Assembly (NCBI RefSeq): GCF_000039765.1
Contig: NC_004459.3
Coordinates: 2,986,104 to 3,018,103, forward strand
Origin: Vibrio vulnificus CMCP6
GTDB taxonomy: Bacteria > Pseudomonadota > Gammaproteobacteria > Enterobacterales > Vibrionaceae
Direction of reading: 5' to 3'
DNA: 32,000 nt
Shown: one piece after another, positions 1 through 9,483 of the stretch
Numbering within the stretch: position 1 is the first letter of the stretch
Layout of the letters: each line of letters begins with the position of its first letter
Made by a program: the position numbers and the translations under genes
The notes under the pieces: generated by a model
The model's database searches: none
Told to the model about the DNA's origin: nothing
Seen by the model: only the letters and a program-made list of their open reading frames with translations

Positions 1-75
1 TTCTGTTATCGCTGGACGTTCCAAAATAGCGTCTTGTTGCGTCTCACTAAGAGATTGCCAAACAACCGTTCTCAT
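1..75 (-). CDS. hisD: histidinol dehydrogenase, first 25 codons only (gene runs off the window start)
   Basis: The reverse strand reads ATG at 75..73, giving MRTVVWQSLSETQQDAILERPAITE. It starts 6 nt after the hisG stop, which is the canonical hisG-hisD order, and is preceded by GGAG. Confidence 0.75.
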   Translation of the reverse strand, partial: MRTVVWQSLSETQQDAILERPAITE

Positions 76-80
76 GAGCC

Positions 81-977
81 TTACTCCATCATTTTTTCAA
101 TTGGTAGAACAAGAATAGAGCTCGCGCCAAGTTCTTTGAGCTGTTCCATCGTTTCCCAGAATAGGTTTTCTGTACTCACCAAGTGGACGGCCACTCGTTG
201 TTTCTCTGCAGACAGTGGTAACACGGTTGGATCTTCCGCCCCAGGCAACAGTGCTTTGATCTGTTCTAGCTTATCAACTGGAGCATGTAGCATGATGTAT
301 TTGGATTCTTTGGCTTGCTGAACGCCTTGCATACGCGTTAACAGCTTCTCGATAAGCGCTTGCTTGTCTTGGGCAAACTCACCTGAACGTTGAATAAGTG
401 TTGCTTTCGATTGGAAAATAACCTCAGCCTCTTTTAGGCCATTGGCTTCAAGTGTTGCGCCTGTTGAAACCAAATCAGCGATTGCGTCCGCCAAACCAGC
501 ACGAGGCGCAACTTCAACAGAGCCTGTCAGCATACAGGTTGAGAAAGGCACACCTTGTCGATCCATATACGCTTTGAGCAGTTGTGGGTAAGTCGTCGCA
601 ATACGTTTCCCAGCAAGATCTTGAGGGCCATTGTATTTTTCATCTTTATCAATCGCGATGGACAAACGACATCCACCAAAATCTAGACGACTCAAGGTTT
701 CAAATTGACAAGCATCACCAGTGGCTTTGCGCTCTAGACGCACTTCTTCCAGCACGTTTTCACCGATAAAACCAAGGTCAACAACGCCATCCATGATCAG
801 CCCTGGGATGTCATCATCACGAACTAATAACAGATCAATTGGCATATTTTCTGAGTGCACGACTAAACGCTCACCCATAATATTGAATTTAACGCCACAC
901 TTTTTTAAGAGCCCTTGGCACTCTTCACTCAGTCGGCCTTTTTTCTGAATTGCAATTCTTAAGCGTTGTGTTTGCAT
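81..977 (-). CDS. hisG: ATP phosphoribosyltransferase, long form
   Basis: The ORF-track protein ([31 protein letters not shown]...) matches the long HisG family along its whole length. The track ORF begins at a TTG (998). The ATG at 977 has an AGGGA ribosome-binding site 6 nt upstream and gives the homolog-like N-terminus. Confidence 0.93.
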   Translation of the reverse strand: MQTQRLRIAIQKKGRLSEECQGLLKKCGVKFNIMGERLVVHSENMPIDLLLVRDDDIPGLIMDGVVDLGFIGENVLEEVRLERKATGDACQFETLSRLDFGGCRLSIAIDKDEKYNGPQDLAGKRIATTYPQLLKAYMDRQGVPFSTCMLTGSVEVAPRAGLADAIADLVSTGATLEANGLKEAEVIFQSKATLIQRSGEFAQDKQALIEKLLTRMQGVQQAKESKYIMLHAPVDKLEQIKALLPGAEDPTVLPLSAEKQRVAVHLVSTENLFWETMEQLKELGASSILVLPIEKMME

Positions 978-1023
978 GACATTGTCCCTGTGCTTCAATT
1001 TGAAAATGATGAAAGTGAAAACT

Positions 1024-1060
1024 AAAAAACCCTCGAGAGATGTTGGTCTCCCGAGGGTTT
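1024..1060 (-). terminator. his attenuator terminator (segment 3:4 hairpin plus U-run)
   Basis: The minus strand reads CCCTCGGGAGA-CCAACA-TCTCTCGAGGG followed by TTTTTT, an 11-bp stem. It lies between the His-rich leader ORF and hisG. Upstream copies of CGGGAGA/CTCCCGG at 1085-1130 could form alternative pairings. Confidence 0.8.
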
Positions 1061-1132
1061 AAAATCTGAATTTGATGATTTTCACCTCCGGGAGTTTCCT
1101 ATCTCCCGGGTATGCGTACATCTCCCGAAAGA

Positions 1133-1180
1133 CTAGACTGGGTGATGATGGTGATGAATGTTCATTACAAAATTACGCAT
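1133..1180 (-). CDS. hisL: his operon leader peptide, MRNFVMNIHHHHHPV (or the shorter MNIHHHHHPV starting at 1165)
   Basis: Five consecutive His codons (CAT CAC CAT CAT CAC) at 1156..1142 are followed by Pro-Val-stop, directly upstream of the attenuator hairpins and hisG. Confidence 0.75.
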   Translation of the reverse strand: MRNFVMNIHHHHHPV

Positions 1181-1284
1181 ACTTATATAGGCTCTTAGCT
1201 TGATTGCTTCGTTGATAACCACACTAACTAAGCTTCCCTTATTTTGCAACACTTTATTTAAAAAAATATCAATTTGTATAAGAC

Positions 1285-1313
1285 AAATAAAAAGGGTAGA
1301 CGAAGCCACCCTT
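1285..1313 (-). terminator. rho-independent terminator after the NhaC-family transporter gene
   Basis: The minus strand reads AAGGGTGG-CTTCGT-CTACCCTT followed by TTTATTTG, about 25 nt after the stop at 1338. Confidence 0.6.
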
Positions 1314-1337
1314 TCAAAGTTCATATAAATGAAGACG

Positions 1338-2939
1338 TTACGCTTGTTGGCAAGACTCAATCTTTGCTTTTGACAACCAAGAGAGGATTGCACAAACGAT
1401 GATGAATGCCATGGTTGCAGCCGCTAGTGAGAACATAACGGAAGCGGTCATACCCAATACAACGAAACCAATACAAGAAACCAACGCCACTGCAAGTGCA
1501 TAAGGTAACTGAGTCGCTACGTGGTCAATATGATGACAACGAGCGCCCGTTGAAGAAAGAATCGTCGTATCAGAAATCGGTGAACAGTGATCACCAAAAA
1601 CAGAACCAGCTAATACTGCACTTAGCATAGGAAGCATAAGAGCGATATCTGTCGCACCCGCCATATCACCCGCGATAGGTAGCATAATACCAAACGTGCC
1701 CCACGATGTTCCGGTAGAAAACGCCATCAAACCAGAAAGCAGGAATAGAATCACAGGTAGCCAATGAGGGTTAATATTGCCTTGTGCCATGGTAGACAAG
1801 TAGCTACCCGTTTTCATGTCGCCAATAACCGAACCGATAGTCCAAGCGAAAATCAGAATAAGGATTGCACCAAACATCGATTTAGCACCGATCCATAAAG
1901 TGCGAGCAATTTCTGCAACTGGAAGACCTTGTTTGAACACGGTGAACAAGGCCACAGCCAAACCAACCAGACCACCATAAATAAGCGATGTACCTACGTT
2001 GGTATTTTCGAATGCACCAAGCAAGTCAAAAGCTTTACCATCCGCCGCAAGTGCTTGGCCACCGGTATAGAGCATTGAAGCGACCGTTGCAATAATCAAA
2101 GCAATGATCGGCATAACAAGATCGGTCACTTTACCTTTATCGCTTTCACGGATATCAAGCTCTTCGTCAATTTCATGCGCTTCTTTTAGGTCAGTATCAG
2201 CGTCATTGTCAAAGCCACGACCTTGTGAGGCAGCAATTTCATGTTCACGCATTTTACCAATGTCTAAACCAAACCAAGCGACCGCAAACACCATTAACAA
2301 GGCGAAAATCGCGTAGAAGTTCATCGGTACTAAACGTAGATATGCGCCTAATGCGGAATATTCAGTGATGCCATGTGACACCAAAATACCGCCGATAATG
2401 GTCATGATGTACGCACCCCAACTCGATGCAGGCATCACCACACACATTGGTGCTGCTGTTGAGTCTAGAATATAAGCAAGTTTGGCGCGTGAAACATAAA
2501 AGCGGTCCGTTACTGGGCGAGAAATCGCACCCACAGCTAGGCTATTGAAATAGTCGTCTACAAAAATGAATACGCCTAAAAACGCTGCTAGTAATTTCGA
2601 ACCTCGCTTACTTTTCACTCGAGTCTGTGCCCATTCAGCAAAAGCTCGAGTGCCTCCAGAAAGAGTCAGTAGAGCGGTGGTCATGCCCAATAACAACAAG
2701 AAACCAACAATACTCATATTCCAAGTATTGATGCCACCATCTTCAATAAAAACAGCTGAAACTTTATCTGTAATATAAGCTGCCGCAGAGCCTACCGAAT
2801 AATCATTCAGTAACACTGCACCTAGAAGAATACCGACACCAAGCGATACAAGCACTTTACGCGTTAAAATGGCTAGCGTCAGTGCCACTATCGGCGGTAA
2901 AAGTGAAATGGGAGATGTAGCAAAATCTATTAAATTCAT
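1338..2939 (-). CDS. NhaC-family Na+/H+ antiporter-type membrane transporter (candidate lysine transporter of the LysW type)
   Basis: This is a polytopic membrane protein of about 533 aa with overall NhaC-family character. The track ORF starts at a TTG (2948); the first ATG is at 2939 (MNLIDFATSPISLL...). A lysine riboswitch lies in its leader. Confidence 0.85.
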   Translation of the reverse strand: MNLIDFATSPISLLPPIVALTLAILTRKVLVSLGVGILLGAVLLNDYSVGSAAAYITDKVSAVFIEDGGINTWNMSIVGFLLLLGMTTALLTLSGGTRAFAEWAQTRVKSKRGSKLLAAFLGVFIFVDDYFNSLAVGAISRPVTDRFYVSRAKLAYILDSTAAPMCVVMPASSWGAYIMTIIGGILVSHGITEYSALGAYLRLVPMNFYAIFALLMVFAVAWFGLDIGKMREHEIAASQGRGFDNDADTDLKEAHEIDEELDIRESDKGKVTDLVMPIIALIIATVASMLYTGGQALAADGKAFDLLGAFENTNVGTSLIYGGLVGLAVALFTVFKQGLPVAEIARTLWIGAKSMFGAILILIFAWTIGSVIGDMKTGSYLSTMAQGNINPHWLPVILFLLSGLMAFSTGTSWGTFGIMLPIAGDMAGATDIALMLPMLSAVLAGSVFGDHCSPISDTTILSSTGARCHHIDHVATQLPYALAVALVSCIGFVVLGMTASVMFSLAAATMAFIIVCAILSWLSKAKIESCQQA

Positions 2940-3044
2940 GATCTTCAAAAACCAAAGTTTGGCTAGAGATCTACTGCAGACAAAGTAAACAGGATGTCCG
3001 TTACTTATGTTGAACTAAGCGACAGGGAAGTGAACACTTCACCC

Positions 3045-3222
3045 AACCTACAGTAGCGCTCCATAGTTATACATTAAATACTATGGCAGTGTTGTTCCTT
3101 TCGGATGCAACCCCAGCAAACTGCTTTGATATGCAATTCACTTCGGCAATGGATACCTTTCACTATTATTCATTGGCATCACCCCAATAATAGTTACTCT
3201 TTACCATTGCGCCTCTACGTCG
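3045..3222 (-). promoter_or_regulatory. lysine riboswitch (L-box) aptamer in the 5' leader of the NhaC-family gene
   Basis: The minus strand carries the conserved L-box blocks in order: GTAGAGGCGC, AGAGTAAC, GGGG, GAAAGG, TTGCCGAAG, CTGG, CTGCCA, GGAGCGCTACTGT. Supporting pairings are GCAATGG/CCATTGC, CTATTATT/AATAATAG, CATAGT/ACTATG, and P1 GTAG/CTAC. Confidence 0.85.
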
Positions 3223-3714
3223 ATAACAAATTCTTAACTATCTGCCGATTAAAAAAACAACAAATAATCTAATTTATCGCATCAGGTAGCGGCTATTGTA
3301 CTCATGACGCTCCTCATTGCAACAGATCTGTCTTAAGTTGATTAAATTTGAAAAATCAATATGAGACAGGTTTTCTATTGCCGTTTCATTAATCCATTCT
3401 CTTTGCATCATGATACTAATAATAGAAAAAATGAGATCACAAACCACTTTCCATTGAACCATTTTGTTATAAAGCCATCTAATCATTCGTAAAATATTTT
3501 TGAGATAGCTTTTTGTTCAGTGAAGGAATTGCTTCTACAACTTTCGTCTGTCTTAGAAATTTTATAATCATTCTTTTTTAATTTTTTTACTTTTAATATT
3601 GCTTATATTGTATTGCGCGTTAATATTAGCATCGTAAGAATTAATCTAGTTTGTTTAATTTAATTCTCGGTATTATTATTAGACAATCGACTTAGCGAAT
3701 ATATAGGAAAGGTT

Positions 3715-4122
3715 ATGTCTGAACTAACAAAAACTCTGTTGAACATTCGCAGCCTACGTGCGTTTTCTCGTGAACTTACTCTTGAGCAATTAGAAGAAGC
3801 TCTAGATAAATTGACAACTGTTGTTGCAGAGCGTCAAGAAGCGGAAGCAGAAGAACGTGCAGCGAAAGCTGAACAAGAAGCGAAACTAGCGGCTATCGCA
3901 GAACAAATTGCTAAAGATGGTATCGATGTCGAAGCACTAATCAGCGCACTTGCTGGCGAAACTAAAGTGAAGAGCAAAGGTAAACGTGCTCCTCGCCCAG
4001 CGAAATACAAGTACGTTGACACCAATGGTGAAGAAAAAACTTGGACTGGTCAAGGTCGTACACCTTCTGCAATCCAAGCTCAATTAGATGCGGGTAAATC
4101 TCTAGAAGATTTCGAAATCTAA
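3715..4122 (+). CDS. hns: nucleoid-associated DNA-binding protein H-NS
   Basis: The 135-aa protein has an N-terminal coiled-coil (MSELTKTLLNIRSLRAFSRELTLEQLEEALDKL), an Ala/Glu-rich linker, and the C-terminal TWTGQGRTP DNA-binding motif. AGGAAAGG lies upstream of the ATG, and the upstream region is very AT-rich. Confidence 0.95.
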   Translation: MSELTKTLLNIRSLRAFSRELTLEQLEEALDKLTTVVAERQEAEAEERAAKAEQEAKLAAIAEQIAKDGIDVEALISALAGETKVKSKGKRAPRPAKYKYVDTNGEEKTWTGQGRTPSAIQAQLDAGKSLEDFEI

Positions 4123-4140
4123 TACATTTTAGATATCAGT

Positions 4141-4166
4141 AAAAAGGCTCCTTTCGGAGCCTTTTT
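4141..4166. terminator. bidirectional rho-independent terminator shared by the convergent hns and gsk genes
   Basis: The sequence is AAAAA-GGCTCC-TTTC-GGAGCC-TTTTT, a perfect 6-bp GC-rich stem flanked by an A-run and a T-run. Confidence 0.85.
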
Positions 4167-4167
4167 A

Positions 4168-5472
4168 TTATCTTTCCCAATACGCTTCTTCTAAGCTATC
4201 TTCGCGTTCAGGTAAGCCACGAGATAGGCGCGGAGAATGTTGTACCAACACTTCATAACTGGCGCGGTTAGCATACTTACACACTTGAGAAAAAGATGAG
4301 TATGTCAAAAACTCATACACGTGCTTACTTGAGTTTGGCACGTTTTCTTTGTGATATTTGTTTGCCGCCATATCGTGCAGTACCGCTGAAAGTGCAGCAT
4401 CACCTGCCCCATTGGTATTTTTAATTTTCTCAGGACCGCCCATATACGGTGAAATATGTGAATAGACTTTAATCGGGTTTTCACAAGATGCTTTTTTCGT
4501 TGGACGACTAAATTCATAACGATTGAATTCAGCAATGCAGCCTGGAAGTAACGGTAGAGATGTTTCACGCTTCGCGCTGTCTTCTGTATAACCGGCCATA
4601 AATAGACCAAGCGGACCCGCAGTACAAAGTACCATGTCTGCCCAATCCAGTGTTTTATCTGAAGCGGCTAAAGGATCGGACTCCCCAGTCAATGCTTCGG
4701 CTTCATCTTCATTCATCGCAACTACCGTCACATTATCACGAATAAATTCTTGCCAGAAGGTTGGGTCATCTTGAATCACAAATTTAGTGCCAAGCGTCAA
4801 AACAACAGGTACATCGTATTTTTTTGCGTACTCGATGGCTTTCATCGTCGCATCAGGCATTGGATCACCTTCTTTACAACGAATCAAATAAGCGGTGAGC
4901 ACCAAAGCTGAGGCTTTTTTAAAGATCTTTTCCGGAATATTATCTGGATGAAGTTGGTTCATTTGACCTTCACTAATCGCAAAAGTGCGTTCACCATCTT
5001 CGGTAATCAACGCGAAACAGCGACCAATCGCGCCATCGACACCTTGCAGATAATTAAGATCCATACGGCTTGATGTGTTACATAAGTAACGGTATCCGTA
5101 ACTACCAATCTTAATATCTTGACTCATCACGCCCAATAATGTCGAACGATCATCTGCGAGCACTGAGTAATTGTGCAGCGTATTGCCAATCGTACCGCCA
5201 GCGTATTCGTTGGTAATCAGATTTTCTTGCTTTAACTGCTGATATAGCGCTTCTGCCGTCACATCGTCAATAACCAGCGAGTGCCCTTTACTCAAACCGT
5301 ATTTTTCAATCATTTCCGACGTCACTCTCGCTTCGATATCCACCAAAGTTTGATCAATACCGATAATATGAGTACGCGTCATTTTCTTGCTTTCCTGCGC
5401 CTGACTCACTAATGGGTCACGTGCATGTACGGGAAAATAGTGTTTTGATTTGCGCTGTCCGGGAAATTTCAT
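4168..5472 (-). CDS. gsk: inosine-guanosine kinase
   Basis: The 434-aa protein is collinear with E. coli Gsk from the N-terminus (MKFPGQRKSKHYFPV...) to the C-terminus (...PEREDSLEEAYWER). It carries the PfkB-type NTNGAGDAA motif. Confidence 0.95.
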   Translation of the reverse strand: MKFPGQRKSKHYFPVHARDPLVSQAQESKKMTRTHIIGIDQTLVDIEARVTSEMIEKYGLSKGHSLVIDDVTAEALYQQLKQENLITNEYAGGTIGNTLHNYSVLADDRSTLLGVMSQDIKIGSYGYRYLCNTSSRMDLNYLQGVDGAIGRCFALITEDGERTFAISEGQMNQLHPDNIPEKIFKKASALVLTAYLIRCKEGDPMPDATMKAIEYAKKYDVPVVLTLGTKFVIQDDPTFWQEFIRDNVTVVAMNEDEAEALTGESDPLAASDKTLDWADMVLCTAGPLGLFMAGYTEDSAKRETSLPLLPGCIAEFNRYEFSRPTKKASCENPIKVYSHISPYMGGPEKIKNTNGAGDAALSAVLHDMAANKYHKENVPNSSKHVYEFLTYSSFSQVCKYANRASYEVLVQHSPRLSRGLPEREDSLEEAYWER

Positions 5473-5549
5473 AGTGTTTGTCTGAGTACGGGGTTAAAAG
5501 AAGTGCGGATTCTAACTCGCACTCCCATAGGCGGCAATAAAGGCAATTA

Positions 5550-5565
5550 TAGCAAACGTTTGCTA
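5550..5565. promoter_or_regulatory. candidate PurR operator overlapping an extended -10 promoter of gsk
   Basis: TAGCAAACGTTTGCTA is a perfect palindrome matching the PurR core GCAAACGTTTGC. On the minus strand it runs straight into TGCTATAAT (-10 at 5551..5546), about 75 nt upstream of the gsk ATG. Confidence 0.6.
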
Positions 5566-5588
5566 CGTACTTTTTATTTTGCGAGGCG

Positions 5589-5858
5589 CTATTCACCTTC
5601 CATAAAGCTTAAATCTGGCAGGCAATCCAAGTTTTCGCTGTAACGTTTTAAATTGAACTCGCCGTCATTTTTCATCACGTCGAAAATCTCAATTGACATT
5701 GCACACGCCATCATCGCCACCGCATCTTCACGAGGCGTGCCTGTCATCATTAGGCGCATCAACGTTTCTTTGACCTTGATTGGATTTCCATCTTCAAGTT
5801 GATTTTCAATGATCTCGATAAGATCCGCCTCTTGCATAAATTGCATTTCGTCAGTCAT
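5589..5858 (-). CDS. small acidic hypothetical protein (89 aa); family not confidently recognised, possibly DUF1841-like
   Basis: The ORF is clean, has an ATG start and lies in the same orientation as gsk. Its composition resembles that of neighbouring genes. The ribosome-binding site is weak and I see no recognisable catalytic motif. Confidence 0.5.
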   Translation of the reverse strand: MTDEMQFMQEADLIEIIENQLEDGNPIKVKETLMRLMMTGTPREDAVAMMACAMSIEIFDVMKNDGEFNLKRYSENLDCLPDLSFMEGE

Positions 5859-6047
5859 GATGTTTACTCATTAGGATTTTTTCCAACTATGCCACATTCC
5901 CACTCAGAGCTCGCGCGGAATTTCTTTTCGCTTGTCCTTTTGCTGAAAAAAGCAGCGAAAACGAATTGTGATTGCGATCTCGGATCTGTCACCCGTTTCT
6001 GCTTTCTGTTAGAATTCGCCTCCAGTTAATTTTAGTGGTGTTGAGTA

Positions 6048-7172
6048 ATGTCTGATAACAGCCAAAAGAAAGTCATCGTTGGTATGTCTGGCGGTGTAGA
6101 TTCATCGGTTTCTGCCTATCTTCTAAAACAGCAAGGCTATCAAGTTGAAGGCCTATTTATGAAGAACTGGGAAGAAGATGATGATTCTGAGTATTGTACT
6201 GCGGCAGAAGATCTCGCCGACGCTCAGGCTGTTTGTGACAAACTTGGCATTCACCTACATAAGATCAACTTTGCTTCAGAATATTGGGACAATGTATTCG
6301 AATATTTCCTTGCCGAATACAAGGCGGGCCGTACCCCTAACCCAGACATCCTTTGTAACAAAGAAATTAAGTTCAAAGCGTTTTTAGAATTTGCCGACGA
6401 AGTACTTGATGCCGATTACATCGCGATGGGCCATTATGTCCGTCGTTCTTTCCCTGAAAATGGTGAAAAGCCACAGATGCTGCGTGGTTTAGACGGCAAT
6501 AAAGATCAGAGCTACTTCCTCTACACGCTAAGTCACGAACAAGTGGCACGTAGCCTCTTCCCTGTTGGCGACCTGGAAAAGCCAGAAGTTCGTCGCATTG
6601 CGGAAGAACAAGGTCTGATTACCGCGAAAAAGAAAGATTCTACCGGTATCTGTTTTATCGGCGAACGTAAGTTCACCGATTTTCTAAGCCGCTACTTACC
6701 AGCTCAACCGGGTAATATTGAGTCGCCAGAAGGCGAAGTGCTTGGTCAACACCAGGGTTTGATGTACCACACGCTAGGCCAACGTAAAGGCCTACATATT
6801 GGTGGCCGTAAAGGCGGTGGCGGTAACGAAGAACCATGGTTTGTTGCAGAAAAAGACCTTAAGCGCAATGTGTTGATTGCCGTTCAAGGACAAGATCACC
6901 CGATGCTGAAGTCCGAAGGCCTAATTGCTTCTCAGCTTCATTGGGTAGAACGTGAGCCAATTCGCGATGTGGTGAAATGCACGGTGAAAACTCGTTACCG
7001 TCAACAAGATATTCCTTGTACAATCATCCCTATTGATGACGAAAACATTAAAGTAATTTTCGATGAACCTGAGATCGCAGTGACCCCAGGTCAATCCGCT
7101 GTTTTCTACCAAGGTGATGTTTGTCTTGGTGGTGGTATCATCGAGAAACGCATTAAATATACTCAAGCTTAG
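6048..7172 (+). CDS. mnmA: tRNA 2-thiouridine(34) synthase (tRNA-specific 2-thiouridylase)
   Basis: The PP-loop motif SGGVDSS lies near the N-terminus ([26 protein letters not shown]). Similarity to MnmA/TrmU extends over the full length. Confidence 0.95.
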   Translation: MSDNSQKKVIVGMSGGVDSSVSAYLLKQQGYQVEGLFMKNWEEDDDSEYCTAAEDLADAQAVCDKLGIHLHKINFASEYWDNVFEYFLAEYKAGRTPNPDILCNKEIKFKAFLEFADEVLDADYIAMGHYVRRSFPENGEKPQMLRGLDGNKDQSYFLYTLSHEQVARSLFPVGDLEKPEVRRIAEEQGLITAKKKDSTGICFIGERKFTDFLSRYLPAQPGNIESPEGEVLGQHQGLMYHTLGQRKGLHIGGRKGGGGNEEPWFVAEKDLKRNVLIAVQGQDHPMLKSEGLIASQLHWVEREPIRDVVKCTVKTRYRQQDIPCTIIPIDDENIKVIFDEPEIAVTPGQSAVFYQGDVCLGGGIIEKRIKYTQA

Positions 7173-7182
7173 GAGTCGTTAC

Positions 7183-7800
7183 GTGGCGAATACACTTTAT
7201 GACCGTACCATTGCTTTTGCTGGCATGTGCCAAGCTGTGGCATTAGTTCAGCAAATCGCGAGAAACGGACATTGTGATCAAGATGCCTTTGAAACTTCTA
7301 TTAAAGCAATTTTGAATACCAATCCAGCCAACACACTTGATGTGTTTGGCAATGAGTCACAACTCAAACTGGGTTTGGAATGCTTAGTAAAAGGGATTGA
7401 TAGTACCCCCACTGGTAGCGAAGTGACTCGCTACCTCATCAGTTTGATGGCGTTAGAGCGCAAACTGATGGGCAGGAATGATGCGATGTCACAACTTGGC
7501 GATCGTATTCAGATGGTACAAAGACAGACGGAACACTATGATCTTTTTGAAGAACAGATGATCAGCAATGTGGCCAGTATCTACCTCGATGTTATCAGCC
7601 CTATCGGCCCTCGAATCCAAGTGACAGGTACGCCGACGGTATTACAACAAACATCGAATCAACACAAAGTACGTGCGTTACTCCTTTCTGGTATTCGCAG
7701 TGCCGTGCTTTGGCGTCAAGTTGGCGGTCGACGCCGCCATCTGATCTTCGGCAGAAAGAAAATGGTTGAGCAGGCGCAGATCCTGCTGGCTAGAATGTAA
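7183..7800 (+). CDS. hflD: high-frequency-of-lysogenization protein HflD
   Basis: From the GTG at 7183 (AGGAG 8 nt upstream) the protein reads [32 protein letters not shown]..., collinear with E. coli HflD. The track start at 7114 would overlap mnmA by 59 nt and add non-homologous residues. Confidence 0.88.
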   Translation: MANTLYDRTIAFAGMCQAVALVQQIARNGHCDQDAFETSIKAILNTNPANTLDVFGNESQLKLGLECLVKGIDSTPTGSEVTRYLISLMALERKLMGRNDAMSQLGDRIQMVQRQTEHYDLFEEQMISNVASIYLDVISPIGPRIQVTGTPTVLQQTSNQHKVRALLLSGIRSAVLWRQVGGRRRHLIFGRKKMVEQAQILLARM

Positions 7801-7811
7801 TTCGACCATTA

Positions 7812-7843
7812 TTAGCTCGCGCCAGACGCGAGCTAATTGTTTT
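7812..7843 (+). terminator. rho-independent terminator after hflD
   Basis: The sequence is TTAGCTCGCG-CCAGA-CGCGAGCTAA followed by TTGTTTT, a 10-bp perfect stem. Confidence 0.8.
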
Positions 7844-7859
7844 GGTCAAAATCACCTTA

Positions 7860-7875
7860 GCGCAAACGTTTGCGC
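7860..7875. promoter_or_regulatory. candidate PurR operator upstream of purB
   Basis: GCGCAAACGTTTGCGC is a perfect 16-bp palindrome with the PurR core. It ends 7 nt upstream of a putative promoter, GTGACA (7883-7888)-N17-TATAAA (7906-7911). Confidence 0.6.
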
Positions 7876-7927
7876 AATATTCGTGACAATTGCCACAGTT
7901 ATTGGTATAAAGCTCGCGAAATTTTGA

Positions 7928-9319
<1,392 letters not shown>

Positions 9320-9375
9320 GAGAATCGAGAATCGAGAATCGAGAATCGAGAATCGAGAATCGAGAATCGAGAATC
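9320..9375. repeat. perfect heptanucleotide tandem repeat (GAGAATC)x8
   Basis: I counted eight uninterrupted copies directly in the sequence. The array begins at the base after the purB TAA stop and ends 11 nt before the terminator stem. Confidence 0.95.
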
Positions 9376-9386
9376 GGATAATTGTT

Positions 9387-9422
9387 AGGGTTGACGTGAA
9401 AGCGTCAACCCTTTCTTTCTTT
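9387..9422 (+). terminator. rho-independent terminator of purB
   Basis: The sequence is AGGGTTGACG-TGAAAG-CGTCAACCCT followed by TTCTTTCTTT. Confidence 0.85.
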
Positions 9423-9483
9423 AGGGCGGAGATAAGGCTAGACTCCTATTCCCGAATCTCGGAGCGCAGCGTTCCTAACTGTT

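Noticed and set aside
584-948. ORFs 584-769 and 721-948 on the plus strand inside hisG
   Set aside because: They are antisense to a confidently identified gene, have no ribosome-binding site, and their low-complexity Ser/Arg-rich translations are typical of shadow ORFs.
1133-1393. 86-aa ORF spanning the his promoter region and the 3' end of the transporter gene
   Set aside because: Only its last 10-15 codons, the His-rich leader, make biological sense. The long form runs through a terminator and overlaps the transporter coding sequence.
3274-3486. 70-aa ORF in the AT-rich hns-transporter spacer
   Set aside because: It has no Shine-Dalgarno sequence, odd composition and no recognisable family. 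I mention it only inside a finding as something to test, and do not call it a gene.
5799-6029. 76-aa plus-strand ORF upstream of mnmA
   Set aside because: It overlaps the 5' end of the 89-aa minus-strand gene and the mnmA promoter region. It has no ribosome-binding site and a hydrophobic, low-complexity translation.
7114-7182. Longer hflD start at 7114 from the ORF track
   Set aside because: It would overlap mnmA by 59 nt and add 23 residues absent from HflD homologs. The GTG at 7183 has an AGGAG ribosome-binding site and gives the conserved N-terminus.
9320-9375. Possibility that the GAGAATC array is a CRISPR or mini-CRISPR
   Set aside because: The units are 7 nt long, directly abutting, with no spacers. 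There are no cas genes in the window. It is a simple tandem repeat.
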